A stretch of DNA of 64,000 bases from Patescibacteria group bacterium (GTDB lineage: Bacteria > Patescibacteriota > Patescibacteriia > JACRDY01): contig JBAZBH010000001.1 of assembly GCA_041671565.1 (NCBI GenBank), positions 7,552-71,551 on the forward strand. The letters run 5' to 3'. The notes beneath the pieces are model-generated. The model was given only the letters and a program-made list of their open reading frames with translations, did not search any database and was not told the DNA's origin. The first letter of the stretch is position 1. Every line of letters begins with the position of its first letter. This document shows, in pieces, positions 18,622 through 28,530 of this stretch. The translations under genes were made by a program, and so were the position numbers.

Positions 18622-19179
18622 TTAATGTTTTCTGGCTCTTATTATCTTTTTAACCGCCGACAAGCCGTCTAACTGTTTTTGCAATAAATAATCCTTTAAC
18701 CCCTCTTTACCCTTAATAATCTCGTAAGTAAATAATTCCTCTTCATCGTCGCCGGGATAGGGGAAGATGAATACTTTTAAATTATCATCATTTCTAAAAT
18801 ATTCAGTGACTTTCCAAGGATCAGTATCGCCGCATTCAAATATTATATTTTTGTCTAAACTAATAACATCAGGGATCCGGCCAAAAAAATTGTATTCCAA
18901 ACTGGATTTTAAACCAAAATTATTTCTGATATATTCTTCTGCCAAAACTTTTAAAGCCAGATGATTATTACTGCCGCCCTGATAATCAATGCTTTTAATC
19001 TGGCCATCTAAAATTTTATCAACAGTTGTTTGATAATCGGCTTTATTAAAGCCAGTTTTTGTTTTACTGATTTTTATATACTTCCGGTTCAATAAATCCA
19101 AAACATCGCTTAGCCCCTGATAATCCGGACTGCCGGTGAAATTTGAATAAAAAATTTCAAAAATATCAGCTCCGTCCAT
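18622..19179 (-). CDS. Hypothetical protein, AT-rich. It lies immediately downstream of the tyrosine recombinase, 3 bp away.
   Basis: A 185-aa ORF with no recognisable motifs. It is tightly packed against the recombinase stop. Confidence 0.4.
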   Translation of the reverse strand: MDGADIFEIFYSNFTGSPDYQGLSDVLDLLNRKYIKISKTKTGFNKADYQTTVDKILDGQIKSIDYQGGSNNHLALKVLAEEYIRNNFGLKSSLEYNFFGRIPDVISLDKNIIFECGDTDPWKVTEYFRNDDNLKVFIFPYPGDDEEELFTYEIIKGKEGLKDYLLQKQLDGLSAVKKIIRARKH

Positions 19180-19181
19180 AA

Positions 19182-20123
19182 CTAATCTTTTAAGGGATGA
19201 AACTTATGATGCGTTTTTTCCGCGTAACGGTCAGAGGCATGAACATAACGAGTGGTGGTATTCAACGACTCGTGACCGAGCAAATGCTGCAACGCGGCCG
19301 GATTGGCCCCTTGTTCAGCCATATAAGTTGCAAAACCATGCCTCAACGAGTGGGCGCTGATCGGTAAATTAATTCTTAATTTTTCCCGATATTCTTTGAT
19401 TTTATATTGCAAATAATTAGTGGAGATGCTTTTATTTTTTTCATTGCAATTACTACCGCGATAGGGGATAAAAAGGGCGGCCGAACTGTCATTCCGCTCG
19501 GCTAAATATTTTTGAATTGACTTATGCGCCCGCGGAGTTAAATAAACAAATCTTTGTTTTTTGCCCTTACCCATAATAAAAATTCTGCCGGTGTTGTCTA
19601 TCTGGCTCTTTTTTAAAGACAACAACTCGGAAATACGCATACCGGTAGAGAAGAGGACTTCGAGCATCGCCCGGTTGCGATCAGCAATAATTTTATTATT
19701 TTCCAGTTCAACCGGCGATTCAATCAATTTAATCATCTCCTGCAGCTCGGCGATTTGCGGATGTTTTTTTTCGGTTTTAATCAGCTTAACCGCTTCCGGG
19801 GCAATAGGGGAGACATAGTCCATATCAACCAAAAATTTAAGATATGATCTAAGGGCCGATAACATGCGATTCATTGAGAAGCTGGATAATTTTTTTTGGC
19901 CTTTATTTTGATTGGCAGTATTGCGGTCAATTGAAGTCAGGTAGGCTTTATAATAATTAATATCTTTCTTGGTCAAGTGATCAAACTTTAATTTAGCGTC
20001 AGTCAAATAATCCTCGAAGACCTTTAAGTCCCGCTCATAACTATATAAAGTTTCCTCGGAAAAATTATTAGTCCGGAGGTTTAATAGATATTCGTCTAGA
20101 TAGGCTAATTGATAGGAGGGCAT
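19182..20123 (-). CDS. Tyrosine recombinase/integrase (Xer-like).
   Basis: The catalytic residues are identifiable in order: R (GMRISE), K (GKGKKQR), H-x-x-R (HSLRHGFAT), H (LLGHES) and Y (RYVH). Confidence 0.8.
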   Translation of the reverse strand: MPSYQLAYLDEYLLNLRTNNFSEETLYSYERDLKVFEDYLTDAKLKFDHLTKKDINYYKAYLTSIDRNTANQNKGQKKLSSFSMNRMLSALRSYLKFLVDMDYVSPIAPEAVKLIKTEKKHPQIAELQEMIKLIESPVELENNKIIADRNRAMLEVLFSTGMRISELLSLKKSQIDNTGRIFIMGKGKKQRFVYLTPRAHKSIQKYLAERNDSSAALFIPYRGSNCNEKNKSISTNYLQYKIKEYREKLRINLPISAHSLRHGFATYMAEQGANPAALQHLLGHESLNTTTRYVHASDRYAEKTHHKFHPLKD

Positions 20124-20278
20124 AGCGGGTTTATTGTATCATAGTTTAAAAGACCAAGTCAAACTGAGTGTAAGGGATATTATACTCAGTTATAGATAAG
20201 GGCCAGTTAAAGCCCTTGATATAATAAAAAGCCCCTGCGCGAGGCTATATTTAATTTTTGCTATTTAATTTTTTATAT

Positions 20279-21253
20279 TTACTTGATGAATACCCTATTA
20301 CCAAACATTAAATTAATATAATTAATTTTTTGGTCTTTGACTTTTTCTCTTAAAATCAGGTTTAGATTGGCCAGCTGGCGGTCCAAGTCATCAGCCGTGT
20401 TGAAATAGACGCTATAGCCCTTCTTCAGGACGGCTCGGACTTCTGTCCCCTGCCTGGTTGGCAATTGGAACGACTCCGGCTCTAGTCCCCCGGCAATTAA
20501 TTTATTTTGCAGTAGGGAAGTGAAATTTATTACTTCAGGGTCAATAATTTTCTGCCCGATTTTAACCTCAGTGTCACTCAGATCATAGATCAATGGCAAA
20601 CCCGGCTCCAGGACCGACAGGTCAATCAGACTCTCGCCTGACCCCGCGGCCGGCGCCGTAGCCTCAGCCGTCTCCCCCGCGACTAAAGTGACATTGGCAA
20701 CTAAAACTTCTTTAACTGCCAAGCCGCTCGGGTCCAAATAATAATACCGGCCGTTACTAATATACACTATCTGGTTATTCTTCTCTTTAACCTCAATTTT
20801 CAGCGTTTTTAAGGGCCGTTTCTTGATTTGGACGCTATCTATCACAAAACGGCTTCGGAGGTCATTTTCGGCCATTTTTGAGCTAAAAAACCATAGATTT
20901 GACTGGGAAAAGACCCCAAACCGGCTCTTGCCCAGTTGATCGCGGATAACCGCCTCGATTTGACCCGCATCCAGGGTTTTAGTCCCTGTCACCTGAATAT
21001 TCTGAATCCGGAAAACACCGGACCAAAATAAGATATAAGCGAGAAATAAAAAGCCGACCGCCGCGAGCGCCGCATAAACTTTAAAACTCCGCCGCTGCCA
21101 AAAATACTGCCGGACACGAAACGAGCCGTCGTTGCCATGGCGCGGGCTAAGCATCCGGCCGGAAGGGTGTTTGAATTTATTGCGGGACCAGAAAAACATA
21201 ATAGAAGATAAAAACTTAAAGAGAAAAACTAAAGACAACAACTCAAAACTCAA
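20279..21253 (-). CDS. ftsQ: Cell division protein FtsQ/DivIB (POTRA domain). The real start is probably an internal Met near 21154-21199.
   Basis: A TM helix precedes a POTRA-like region (IQNIQVTG...LDAGQIEAVI). It lies directly downstream of ddl, as in dcw clusters. Confidence 0.7.
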   Translation of the reverse strand: MSFELLSLVFLFKFLSSIMFFWSRNKFKHPSGRMLSPRHGNDGSFRVRQYFWQRRSFKVYAALAAVGFLFLAYILFWSGVFRIQNIQVTGTKTLDAGQIEAVIRDQLGKSRFGVFSQSNLWFFSSKMAENDLRSRFVIDSVQIKKRPLKTLKIEVKEKNNQIVYISNGRYYYLDPSGLAVKEVLVANVTLVAGETAEATAPAAGSGESLIDLSVLEPGLPLIYDLSDTEVKIGQKIIDPEVINFTSLLQNKLIAGGLEPESFQLPTRQGTEVRAVLKKGYSVYFNTADDLDRQLANLNLILREKVKDQKINYINLMFGNRVFIK

Positions 21254-21287
21254 AACATGGCTGTTTTTCGTTTTTATCTTTAATCTT

Positions 21288-22448
21288 TTAGTTTCCCTTA
21301 TACCAGTCGCTCCCCGAACTAAAATCCGTGGTCAGATTATTTTTCTCCTGATGGCGCTCCAGGGCGAGCCTGATCAGTTCATCGAGAAGTTTCGGGTATG
21401 ACAGGCCGCTGATCCCCCAGAGTTTGGGATAAATGCTGTGCGAAGTAAAGCCCGGAATGGTATTCGCTTCGTTAACATACAGTTTGCCCCCGGACAAGAA
21501 AAACTCCACTCGCGCCATGCCGGACAGGTCTAAGGCTTGATAAACTTGCAAGGAAATTTCTTGGGTTTTTTTGATCAATTTCTGGCTTAAATTTTGGGCC
21601 GGGAAATAATAAGCCGTCTGGTCGTCGTAATACTTGGCGGCAAAGTCGTAGAACTCGTTTTTGGGCGCCACTTCGCCAATCGCCGACGCCCGCGGCCGGT
21701 CGTTCCCCAGGACCGCGCACTGCAACTCCCGCGGTTTCCGTATCGCTTTCTCGACAATAATTTTCCGGTCAAAACGCGCGGCAAGGTTAATTGCTTTAAC
21801 GAGCTCAGGCCGGTTATGCGCTTTGGAAATGCCAACTGACGAGCCGGAATTAGCCGGCTTGATAAACAGCGGATAACCGAATTTGGCTAGGCGTCGCAAA
21901 ATAACCGAACGGTTTTTCTGCCAAGCGCTTTTCAAAAACCAGTCATACGGCCCCACCGGCAAACCGGCTTGCTGTAAAATCTTCTTCTGAATAATTTTAT
22001 CCATACCCACGGCCGAGCCGAGAACGCCACAGCCGACATAGGCTTTATTGGCCATTTCTAATAGACCTTGAATGGTGCCGTCTTCGCCATAAGTGCCATG
22101 CAGGACCGGAAAAAAAACATCAATACCATAACCATTGCCAAAATGCGCCGCTCCCCGGCCACCGGCCACTGTCGCCAACTTTTTCTCTTCCGGGTCAGCG
22201 AGCAAAAACGCCGGCTTAACCAAGGCGTGTTGATTGCCAGCCGCCAACTTCAAACCTTGCTGGAGAAACTTAACCGCGTCGCGGCCGACTAACCACTGAC
22301 CCTGTTTAGTAATACCAATCGGCACCACCGTGTATTTTTTCTTATCCAAAGCCTGCATCACTGATTGGGCGGAAACGATGGAAACCTCGTGTTCGCCGGA
22401 ACGGCCGCCGAAGAGGACACCGATGGTGAGTTTTTTGTGTCTAGACAT
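21288..22448 (-). CDS. ddl: D-alanine--D-alanine ligase
   Basis: An ATP-grasp protein with the Ddl N-terminus ([15 protein letters not shown]) and a C-terminal NEANTIPG-type region. Confidence 0.9.
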   Translation of the reverse strand: MSRHKKLTIGVLFGGRSGEHEVSIVSAQSVMQALDKKKYTVVPIGITKQGQWLVGRDAVKFLQQGLKLAAGNQHALVKPAFLLADPEEKKLATVAGGRGAAHFGNGYGIDVFFPVLHGTYGEDGTIQGLLEMANKAYVGCGVLGSAVGMDKIIQKKILQQAGLPVGPYDWFLKSAWQKNRSVILRRLAKFGYPLFIKPANSGSSVGISKAHNRPELVKAINLAARFDRKIIVEKAIRKPRELQCAVLGNDRPRASAIGEVAPKNEFYDFAAKYYDDQTAYYFPAQNLSQKLIKKTQEISLQVYQALDLSGMARVEFFLSGGKLYVNEANTIPGFTSHSIYPKLWGISGLSYPKLLDELIRLALERHQEKNNLTTDFSSGSDWYKGN

Positions 22449-22456
22449 AGAGATAG

Positions 22457-22570
22457 TGTGAAGTTCAAAACCCTAAGTGCAAAGTTCAAATCAAGTTCAA
22501 AGATCAAAAGGTGCCAGAGTTTTGACATTTGAACTTGATTTGAACTTTGAATCTTTGAACTTTGAACTTA
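22457..22570. repeat. Copy B1 of the agttcaaa-type inverted-repeat element (about 50-bp arms built from agttcaa heptamers).
   Basis: gaagttcaaaaccctaagtgcaaagttcaaatcaagttcaaagatcaaa ... tttgaacttgatttgaactttgaatctttgaactttgaactt. A second copy lies at 30817. Confidence 0.8.
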
Positions 22571-22591
22571 TTAGCGCGTTTTGCCTTCAAA

Positions 22592-23773
22592 TTATGTTAA
22601 TTGGCGTGGTAACAAAGGATTAATTCTAGCAACTATTTCATAATTAATCGTCCCAATCTTCTCCGCCAAATCCTCCGCCGTGATTTCTAATTTCCCCTGT
22701 CGGCCGATCAAGACAGCTTCAGCGCCGACCGGCACCGGGCCAGCCTTCGTCACTTCAACTATCGTCAAATTCATGCTGACGCGGCCGCGGACCGGACAAC
22801 GGACGCCGTTGATCAGCACTTCGCCTTTGTTGGACAAATGGCGGTCATAGCCTTCAAAGTAGCCAACCGGTAAAATCGCGAGTTTGGTTGGTCTGGCTGG
22901 TTTATAAGTGCAACCGTAACCAATACAAGCGCCCTTGCCTACATATTTTACCGCAATCACCCGCGTTTTCCAAGCGAGAACCGGCCGGAGACTAAACTTG
23001 GGATAAATTTTCAGAGTTAATTTTTTCGCGGCCGCGCTCGGCCAGAGGCCGTAGAGGCCAATCCCTAGGCGAATCAGATTAAACCGGCTGTCCGGCCGCA
23101 CCAGGGCCGCGGCGCTGCAAGCAAAATGCTTGAGTAAGATATTAATGCCGGCTTTTTCCAATTTAGCAACAAAACTATTAAACCGCTTAATCTGCAGATC
23201 CGTGAACTTCTGGTTCTCTTCGCTCGCCGCAAAGTGTGAGAAGACTCCCTCTATTTCTATATTTCTATATTTCTTTATTTCTTTTATTGTCTTTAACGCC
23301 TCACTCTCCCCCACTACTCCGAGGCGCGAAGTCCCGGTGTCATATTTAAAATGGATTTTCGCGGTTTTATTTATTTTCTTCGCGGCCGCATTTATCGCTC
23401 GCGCCGACGCCAAACTATACACCACCAAACTGATATTATTTTTGACCGCCAAGCCGAGGTCGCCAAAATAATATGACAAAACCAAGATCGGCTTTTTGAT
23501 ACCGTTCTTTCGCAGTTCCAGCGCCTCGTCCAGATTGACGACCGAGAGCCAGTCAACTTCCCGCTGAATCACTTTAGCCACTAGAACCATGCCATGGCCA
23601 TAAGCGTTACTCTTCACCGCCGGGGCCAGTAAAACTTTCCGCCCCAAAATCCCCCGGAATTGGCGGAGGTTGTGGCGGAGATTTGAGGTTGATATTTCTA
23701 GCCAAGAGTTATTGACAAAAATATTATTATATGCTAAGTTAATAAATATAAACTCCATGTGTACTAACCACAA
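22592..23773 (-). CDS. alr: Alanine racemase
   Basis: The PLP-lysine motif AVKSNAYGHG is present, as is a C-terminal beta domain. The N-terminal extension in the ORF track is probably not translated. Confidence 0.85.
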   Translation of the reverse strand: MWLVHMEFIFINLAYNNIFVNNSWLEISTSNLRHNLRQFRGILGRKVLLAPAVKSNAYGHGMVLVAKVIQREVDWLSVVNLDEALELRKNGIKKPILVLSYYFGDLGLAVKNNISLVVYSLASARAINAAAKKINKTAKIHFKYDTGTSRLGVVGESEALKTIKEIKKYRNIEIEGVFSHFAASEENQKFTDLQIKRFNSFVAKLEKAGINILLKHFACSAAALVRPDSRFNLIRLGIGLYGLWPSAAAKKLTLKIYPKFSLRPVLAWKTRVIAVKYVGKGACIGYGCTYKPARPTKLAILPVGYFEGYDRHLSNKGEVLINGVRCPVRGRVSMNLTIVEVTKAGPVPVGAEAVLIGRQGKLEITAEDLAEKIGTINYEIVARINPLLPRQLT

Positions 23774-23793
23774 ACTGCAAGAAAGGACAAGAA

Positions 23794-24018
23794 ATGCCTA
23801 ATAAACTTGTGTTCACTACAGATGTAATAACCATTTCGAGCGGAATCAAATGTGAGCATTGTGGAGAGACCATCAGCAGAGGCAAACAGTATCTGTTGAT
23901 TTCCGGCCACGGCCACAATACCGCCAGCGGTCCGGAATACCACTTCTCTATCCATCTCGACTGTCGGGGAGAAGTTGAGACCACGAGGCACCTCAACCAT
24001 CTAAACATTGATCTCTAA
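23794..24018 (+). CDS. Small (74 aa) putative zinc-binding protein (C-x2-C ... H-x2-C).
   Basis: AAAGGA sits 8 nt upstream of the ATG. The Cys/His pattern is CEHC ... HLDC. A strong terminator hairpin follows immediately downstream. Confidence 0.4.
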   Translation: MPNKLVFTTDVITISSGIKCEHCGETISRGKQYLLISGHGHNTASGPEYHFSIHLDCRGEVETTRHLNHLNIDL

Positions 24019-24044
24019 ACTACTGTCAATTCCAAAATCCCACC

Positions 24045-24081
24045 CTGGGGACCTAACACAATTAAGGTCCCTTTTATTTTT
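24045..24081. terminator. Bidirectional rho-independent terminator between convergent genes.
   Basis: ggggacctaacacaattaaggtccc followed by ttttattttt. Confidence 0.6.
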
Positions 24082-24883
24082 ACTCAACCACCTTGAATGA
24101 CTTAATAATTTTTTCTTTGATTTCAGCGGCGGGCGAGTTTTGGATACTGCAGTCAAAACTCAAAAGGTAAAAACCGTTGTCTTCCAAGAGCAGGCCGTCA
24201 TTAGAGCATTCGGCGCCAATCGTCACTTGATAAGCTTTTTGCCCGCTGAGTTTGGCATCAGCGACTTTTTTAATGCCACCTAGACCCTGGTCGGCCAATA
24301 AATCCGCTAAATTTTTGTAGTTAGTCTCGCCGCTCTGCGACTTGAAAGCTTTGGCGAGGCTAGCGAGATCCGGCCAATAATCCACGGTTAAATATTTATA
24401 ATAACCGGGATTGGCCTCGCCCATCACCGCCAAATCGGCGTCAGCGTTAAACACTAAGAACTTGGCCAGTGTGCTGGAGGTTTTCTGCTCCTCGGCGGTG
24501 GCAGCCTCAAACAAAAAAGTCTCGGGGTAGCTAATCTCAAAGTGCTTGCCCTGAAAAGTTTTCCAATCGCCAATCTCGGCCGTGGCGCGGCGGAGCGGTT
24601 CAACTAGATTGGTATTAATACTACTCAACCGATTATTTAAACTTAAATTCGCGCCGGCCTCACACTCACTGACCTGATTTTTGGCCGCGGCCGCTTCGGC
24701 TTTAAGTTTAGTTACCTGGCCGCGATACAGCGAGCTGACAGCGACCACGGCAATAATGGCCAAAACGACAACGGCGACGAGAGCGAACTTTAGCCACAAG
24801 ACGGCGTGGCTTTTTTTGAAGAGGGACATAGGAGGAGGTATTAGATTATTATTTAAAATCACATAACACATAACATGGAACAA
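24080..24883 (-). CDS. Hypothetical membrane-anchored protein. It probably starts at MSLFKK near 24828.
   Basis: A single N-terminal TM helix (LKFALVAVVVLAIIAVVAV) followed by a soluble domain. No recognisable motifs. Confidence 0.4.
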   Translation of the reverse strand: MFHVMCYVILNNNLIPPPMSLFKKSHAVLWLKFALVAVVVLAIIAVVAVSSLYRGQVTKLKAEAAAAKNQVSECEAGANLSLNNRLSSINTNLVEPLRRATAEIGDWKTFQGKHFEISYPETFLFEAATAEEQKTSSTLAKFLVFNADADLAVMGEANPGYYKYLTVDYWPDLASLAKAFKSQSGETNYKNLADLLADQGLGGIKKVADAKLSGQKAYQVTIGAECSNDGLLLEDNGFYLLSFDCSIQNSPAAEIKEKIIKSFKVVE

Positions 24884-24926
24884 GGGTGGTTATAGGTCTC
24901 TTGTTATGTGTTCCATGTTATGTGAT
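24858..24926. repeat. Copy C1 of a ~70-bp imperfect palindromic element built from cacataa-type heptamers.
   Basis: atcacataacacataacatggaacaagggtggttataggtctcttgttatgtgttccatgttatgtgat. A near-identical copy lies at 39422. Confidence 0.8.
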
Positions 24927-24941
24927 TTACTTCCCTTGGTT

Positions 24942-25340
24942 CTATTCTGTCGTCACGCCGTCAAACTCGGGGCCGTTGGCTTCGGCCTCGGCCTTGGTGG
25001 CGCGAACGACGCCATCCTGATGGTGCGCCGGGGAATAAATGGTGTAAAGCTTTAGCATCTCGGAAGCGGAAGTATTAATCACATTATGCTGCGCGCCGGC
25101 CGGCACCACAATCGCCGACCCGTCCGTCACCGCGTACTCATTGCCGTCAATCAGGCACTTACCCATCCCCTTTTCAAACCGGAAAAACTGGTCATTGTCC
25201 GTGTGCACTTCCAGGCCGATTTCTTCACTCGGCTGCAAACACATCAGCACCAGCTGGCTGTGCTTGCCAGTGTACAGGACATGGCGGAAGTCGGTGTTCC
25301 GAAGGGTCTCTTTTTCAATGTTAGCGTTAAAGCCTTTCAT
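24942..25340 (-). CDS. Cupin-domain protein
   Basis: A small-barrel protein with cupin-like motifs (G.E..H.D.....F..G.G ... P.G..H) and metal-binding His residues. Confidence 0.6.
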   Translation of the reverse strand: MKGFNANIEKETLRNTDFRHVLYTGKHSQLVLMCLQPSEEIGLEVHTDNDQFFRFEKGMGKCLIDGNEYAVTDGSAIVVPAGAQHNVINTSASEMLKLYTIYSPAHHQDGVVRATKAEAEANGPEFDGVTTE

Positions 25341-25386
25341 AAAGTTAGAGGTTATTTATAAAATTTTATTTTTTTTCGTTCCCTTT

Positions 25387-25626
25387 TTACCTCCCAAAAC
25401 GATCTTCGGGGTTTTTGCTTTTTCTCACTTTTGTTGGTTCTCCATCTGGACCGATAGCCAAATCAGTATCAAGGTCTGCCGCCGCTGGTCTTTGATAGGT
25501 ACTCGGTAATTCATTCTTCTCTTTGAACAATCGCTCTATTTCAGCCCTTCGTCTTAAATCCTTAGCTTCTTTAGTTTCATTGGCGGGTGGTAAAAAATAG
25601 TCTGAGAATGGTTTTTCTGGCGGCAT
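25387..25626 (-). CDS. Hypothetical small protein
   Basis: A 79-aa ORF with normal GC content. No recognisable motifs. Confidence 0.3.
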   Translation of the reverse strand: MPPEKPFSDYFLPPANETKEAKDLRRRAEIERLFKEKNELPSTYQRPAAADLDTDLAIGPDGEPTKVRKSKNPEDRFGR

Positions 25627-25648
25627 ATTTTTTTAAGTTAAGGGTGAG

Positions 25649-25897
25649 TTAGTTTATTTTTTTAATTAATTTTAATTTCTCCGACTTTTTCAATTTCTTA
25701 ATCCGCGCTTCCTCGCGCGCGGCCGCTCCGCGATTCTTAAACTTCCTACTATAAACCACCCTCACCGGCCGCCGCGCCCTGGTATACTTGGCGCCGAGCC
25801 TACCGCCATTATGCTCCGCCACCCGCCGCGCCAAGTCCGTGGTAATGCCGGTGTAGAGAGTGGCGTCGGAACAGAGGAGGATATAGAGGTGGTACAT
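25649..25897 (-). CDS. GIY-YIG nuclease-domain protein (YhbQ-like).
   Basis: The GIY-YIG core is present as YHLYILLCSDATLYTGITTDLARRVAEHN. Confidence 0.7.
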   Translation of the reverse strand: MYHLYILLCSDATLYTGITTDLARRVAEHNGGRLGAKYTRARRPVRVVYSRKFKNRGAAAREEARIKKLKKSEKLKLIKKIN

Positions 25898-25928
25898 AGT
25901 TAGTTGTTTTTGTAAATTTTATAGTTAA

Positions 25929-26828
25929 TCAAACTAAAAACATTCGCTGGCAAAAAGCGCTAATTCCTATTCCATTTGTATTACAAGTCTGGACTCTATA
26001 TACCGGTACATTATTTATAAAAATAGTATAACCTACATTTATACCACTAGCCTTCTTAGCTATTATCACATCTTTTATTTTTGTCTGCTTGTCAATAGGT
26101 TTATAGATAGTAACACCCAAATCATTAACAATGATTACATATAAATCTTCGTCTTGACAATCTGTAATAAAATTTAAGAAATCATTTTTTTGCTTTGGTG
26201 TTAAATTATTAAAAGCATCAAAACAAGTAGTATTCAATAGAGATTGATATTTTTTACCATGCTCTCTGGCCCAAATCAAAAGTTTTTGATTATTCTTAGC
26301 CGTCCTCTTTAATTCACCCCTTTTATTAATATTCTTACCAGTAATTTTGAAAATGTGGTCATGTAGTTCTTTCCACATTTTATTTTGCTGTTTGATAAAA
26401 CTAAAACCGAAAAGTTTTTCTAATTTTCTTTGACCTAAATTTTTTAATGTTCCGGTTCCCGATTTAGCAATAGATTTTATGGAAAATCTTGTTTTCTTTT
26501 TGCTAATATGCTCCGCATCAACATCGGAAGTTGATTGCTCAATAACAAAATGACGGCCAGTCCAAACAACTCCGATGATCTTACCCTTTTTATCTATTTC
26601 GTTATCTAATATTTTTTTAATTTCTGGCTGAATTTTTATAAAATTATCATTTTGCAATTTTAATCTCTTCTTACCGTCTTCTCTTGCTAAAACTTGGTTA
26701 GATAATTTGGCTAAATTTTCACTATAAGAAAAAGTTATTTTATAAAGATGACAAATATACTGACAAACTAATAATTCAAAATAGTCCGCTTGAGCTCGAT
26801 TTGACTTTTCTTTATTACCCTTTTTCAT
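25929..26828 (-). CDS. Putative Type II restriction endonuclease. AT-rich, directly downstream of the N6-adenine methyltransferase.
   Basis: It lies 6 bp downstream of the methyltransferase on the same strand. Its composition is strongly AT-rich. No conserved REase fold is recognisable by eye. Confidence 0.45.
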   Translation of the reverse strand: MKKGNKEKSNRAQADYFELLVCQYICHLYKITFSYSENLAKLSNQVLAREDGKKRLKLQNDNFIKIQPEIKKILDNEIDKKGKIIGVVWTGRHFVIEQSTSDVDAEHISKKKTRFSIKSIAKSGTGTLKNLGQRKLEKLFGFSFIKQQNKMWKELHDHIFKITGKNINKRGELKRTAKNNQKLLIWAREHGKKYQSLLNTTCFDAFNNLTPKQKNDFLNFITDCQDEDLYVIIVNDLGVTIYKPIDKQTKIKDVIIAKKASGINVGYTIFINNVPVYRVQTCNTNGIGISAFCQRMFLV

Positions 26829-26834
26829 ATTTAA

Positions 26835-28289
26835 TTAGTTAAAATAAGCACTAACTATTTTATTAATTTCTTTTTGTTCGCGTTCAAAATTATAATTTAG
26901 ATCCTTTTTAATATTTTTAATAATATTTTCTGATATACTGGCTATGATTTTTATCTCTTGAACTTTAAAATTAGGCATGGGTAATTTTTTTATATCCCTA
27001 ATCTGAATTGAATTAGTGTGATTTAATAATTTAATTATTTTATTATAAATATTACTATTCAAAATACCAACAAAAAATTCTGGGGGGTATTTTAAAGGAT
27101 CTTTCGGAAAAAAACACATGGCCTTATTGCTTTCCCAAAGCGCTCCTCTTTCGGCTATCCTTGCCGACAAAGAAGAGCATATTCCTGAGATAATAAAACC
27201 GTCTTTATTACTTTCTAGATTTAAGTTTTTTGAGATTTTATAATTTTTTATAGATTGTTTATCCCACTTTATACAATATTCTACAGGAGAAAAATACTTT
27301 ATATCTCCACCCTTTTTATGATAAAACTTCCAATCACCGCTTGCCTTAATTACCTCTATCGGTATTTTCTGTAGACCACCGTTTCCAAACTGTCTCCCCC
27401 GATAATCTATAACACCTAAAAACGCTTTGTTATTTGTAGTATGCATCCCAAGCCCACCATTTAAAAAATCAACTAATTTTGGAAAAACTTTCATCTTATT
27501 AAGTATTGTGACATTGCCATTAAATCCAAAAATATAATCAGGGTTATTTAAAATTTCTCTTTGATTTATTCTTTTTTTAATCCCACTATAATCAGCTACT
27601 TGGTTGTTTCTACAATCGTTAAAAACAACAAAATGATTTTTGTCTGGCTTTTTATTTTTTAAATATATTATACAAGTATTTACCGACGCGCCGGTATCTT
27701 TAAATAAATTCTTAGGACAAATAGTTATTTCATTTATAGTATAGCTGGTCAGTAAAAATTTTCTTAAATTCTTATGAATTCCTAGGGTTAAGAAAGTATC
27801 GCTAATAATAAAACAAAGCTCGCCATAAATTTTTAAAAGTCGACAGCTTAAATAAAGAAACATGGCGTATGTATCATTAGCCCCTATTTCTTTATATATT
27901 TTTTTAAGCTCGCCCTTATTTTTTTTTATATAGCCACTTTGTTTATTAAGATAAGGAGGATTACCAATTATATGGCTAAACTCTTGTTTTTCGTTAAATA
28001 AACTATTACTCAAACTAGTTTCTAGCAGAGTATCTTTGATGACTATATTTTCTATTCCTAATTTAGTTATTATTTTATTTGTTTCGGGATTTATATCCCA
28101 AACGGTTATTTGTTGCGGCGATAATAATCTTTTTTCTAATATTTTAGAAACAAAAGCGCCATCACCTCCGCTGGGTTCAAGCAAATTACTTTTTGAAGTA
28201 AAACTTTTTACAAATTTATTAACCATATACTCAACGGTGTGTTGAGGTGTGTAAAAAGCTCCTAATTGTTTTTGTCTGTTTTTATCCAT
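26835..28289 (-). CDS. N6-adenine DNA methyltransferase (gamma-class, TaqI/Eco57I-like), with a C-terminal target-recognition domain.
   Basis: Motif X/I is LGAFYTPQ. Motif IV is IIGNPPYLN (NPPY). The composition is AT-rich. Confidence 0.8.
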   Translation of the reverse strand: MDKNRQKQLGAFYTPQHTVEYMVNKFVKSFTSKSNLLEPSGGDGAFVSKILEKRLLSPQQITVWDINPETNKIITKLGIENIVIKDTLLETSLSNSLFNEKQEFSHIIGNPPYLNKQSGYIKKNKGELKKIYKEIGANDTYAMFLYLSCRLLKIYGELCFIISDTFLTLGIHKNLRKFLLTSYTINEITICPKNLFKDTGASVNTCIIYLKNKKPDKNHFVVFNDCRNNQVADYSGIKKRINQREILNNPDYIFGFNGNVTILNKMKVFPKLVDFLNGGLGMHTTNNKAFLGVIDYRGRQFGNGGLQKIPIEVIKASGDWKFYHKKGGDIKYFSPVEYCIKWDKQSIKNYKISKNLNLESNKDGFIISGICSSLSARIAERGALWESNKAMCFFPKDPLKYPPEFFVGILNSNIYNKIIKLLNHTNSIQIRDIKKLPMPNFKVQEIKIIASISENIIKNIKKDLNYNFEREQKEINKIVSAYFN

Positions 28290-28295
28290 AATTAC

Positions 28296-28385
28296 ACTTA
28301 ATTTATCACGACTCCCTCTTGATCTTCTTCACCCCCCCATATACTTCCTCAAAACCTTCGGAATCTCCACCGAGCCGTCTTCGGC
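28296..28385 (-). pseudogene. Decayed duplicate of the serS 3' end. About 57 bp is roughly 90 percent identical to 29560-29616, with a 1-bp frameshift.
   Basis: cttcacccccccatatacttcctcaaaaccttcggaatctccaccgagccgtcttc here, versus cttcacccctcccatatatttcctcaaaaccttaggaatctcgaccgagccgtcttt in serS. Translation recovers ...DGSVEIPKVLRKYMGG and is then disrupted. Confidence 0.6.
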
Positions 28386-28530
28386 CCATCCCTACCATTT
28401 TCCCTAGAAGGTGAAAATGGTTATCCATATTTACAATGTGCATTTTTTGCACATTACTTTTATTGATATTCCAGTATGTGCAAAATTTGCACGGACTGAA
28501 CTAGTTCCAAAATGGAAACAATTGGGGCGT

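Noticed and set aside
23215-23300. The tract ctctatttctatatttctatatttctttatttc, resembling repeat family F.
   Set aside because: It lies inside the alr coding region, in frame, encoding ...KEIKKYRNIEIEG.... Its similarity to family F is limited to AT-rich low complexity. It is treated as coding sequence.
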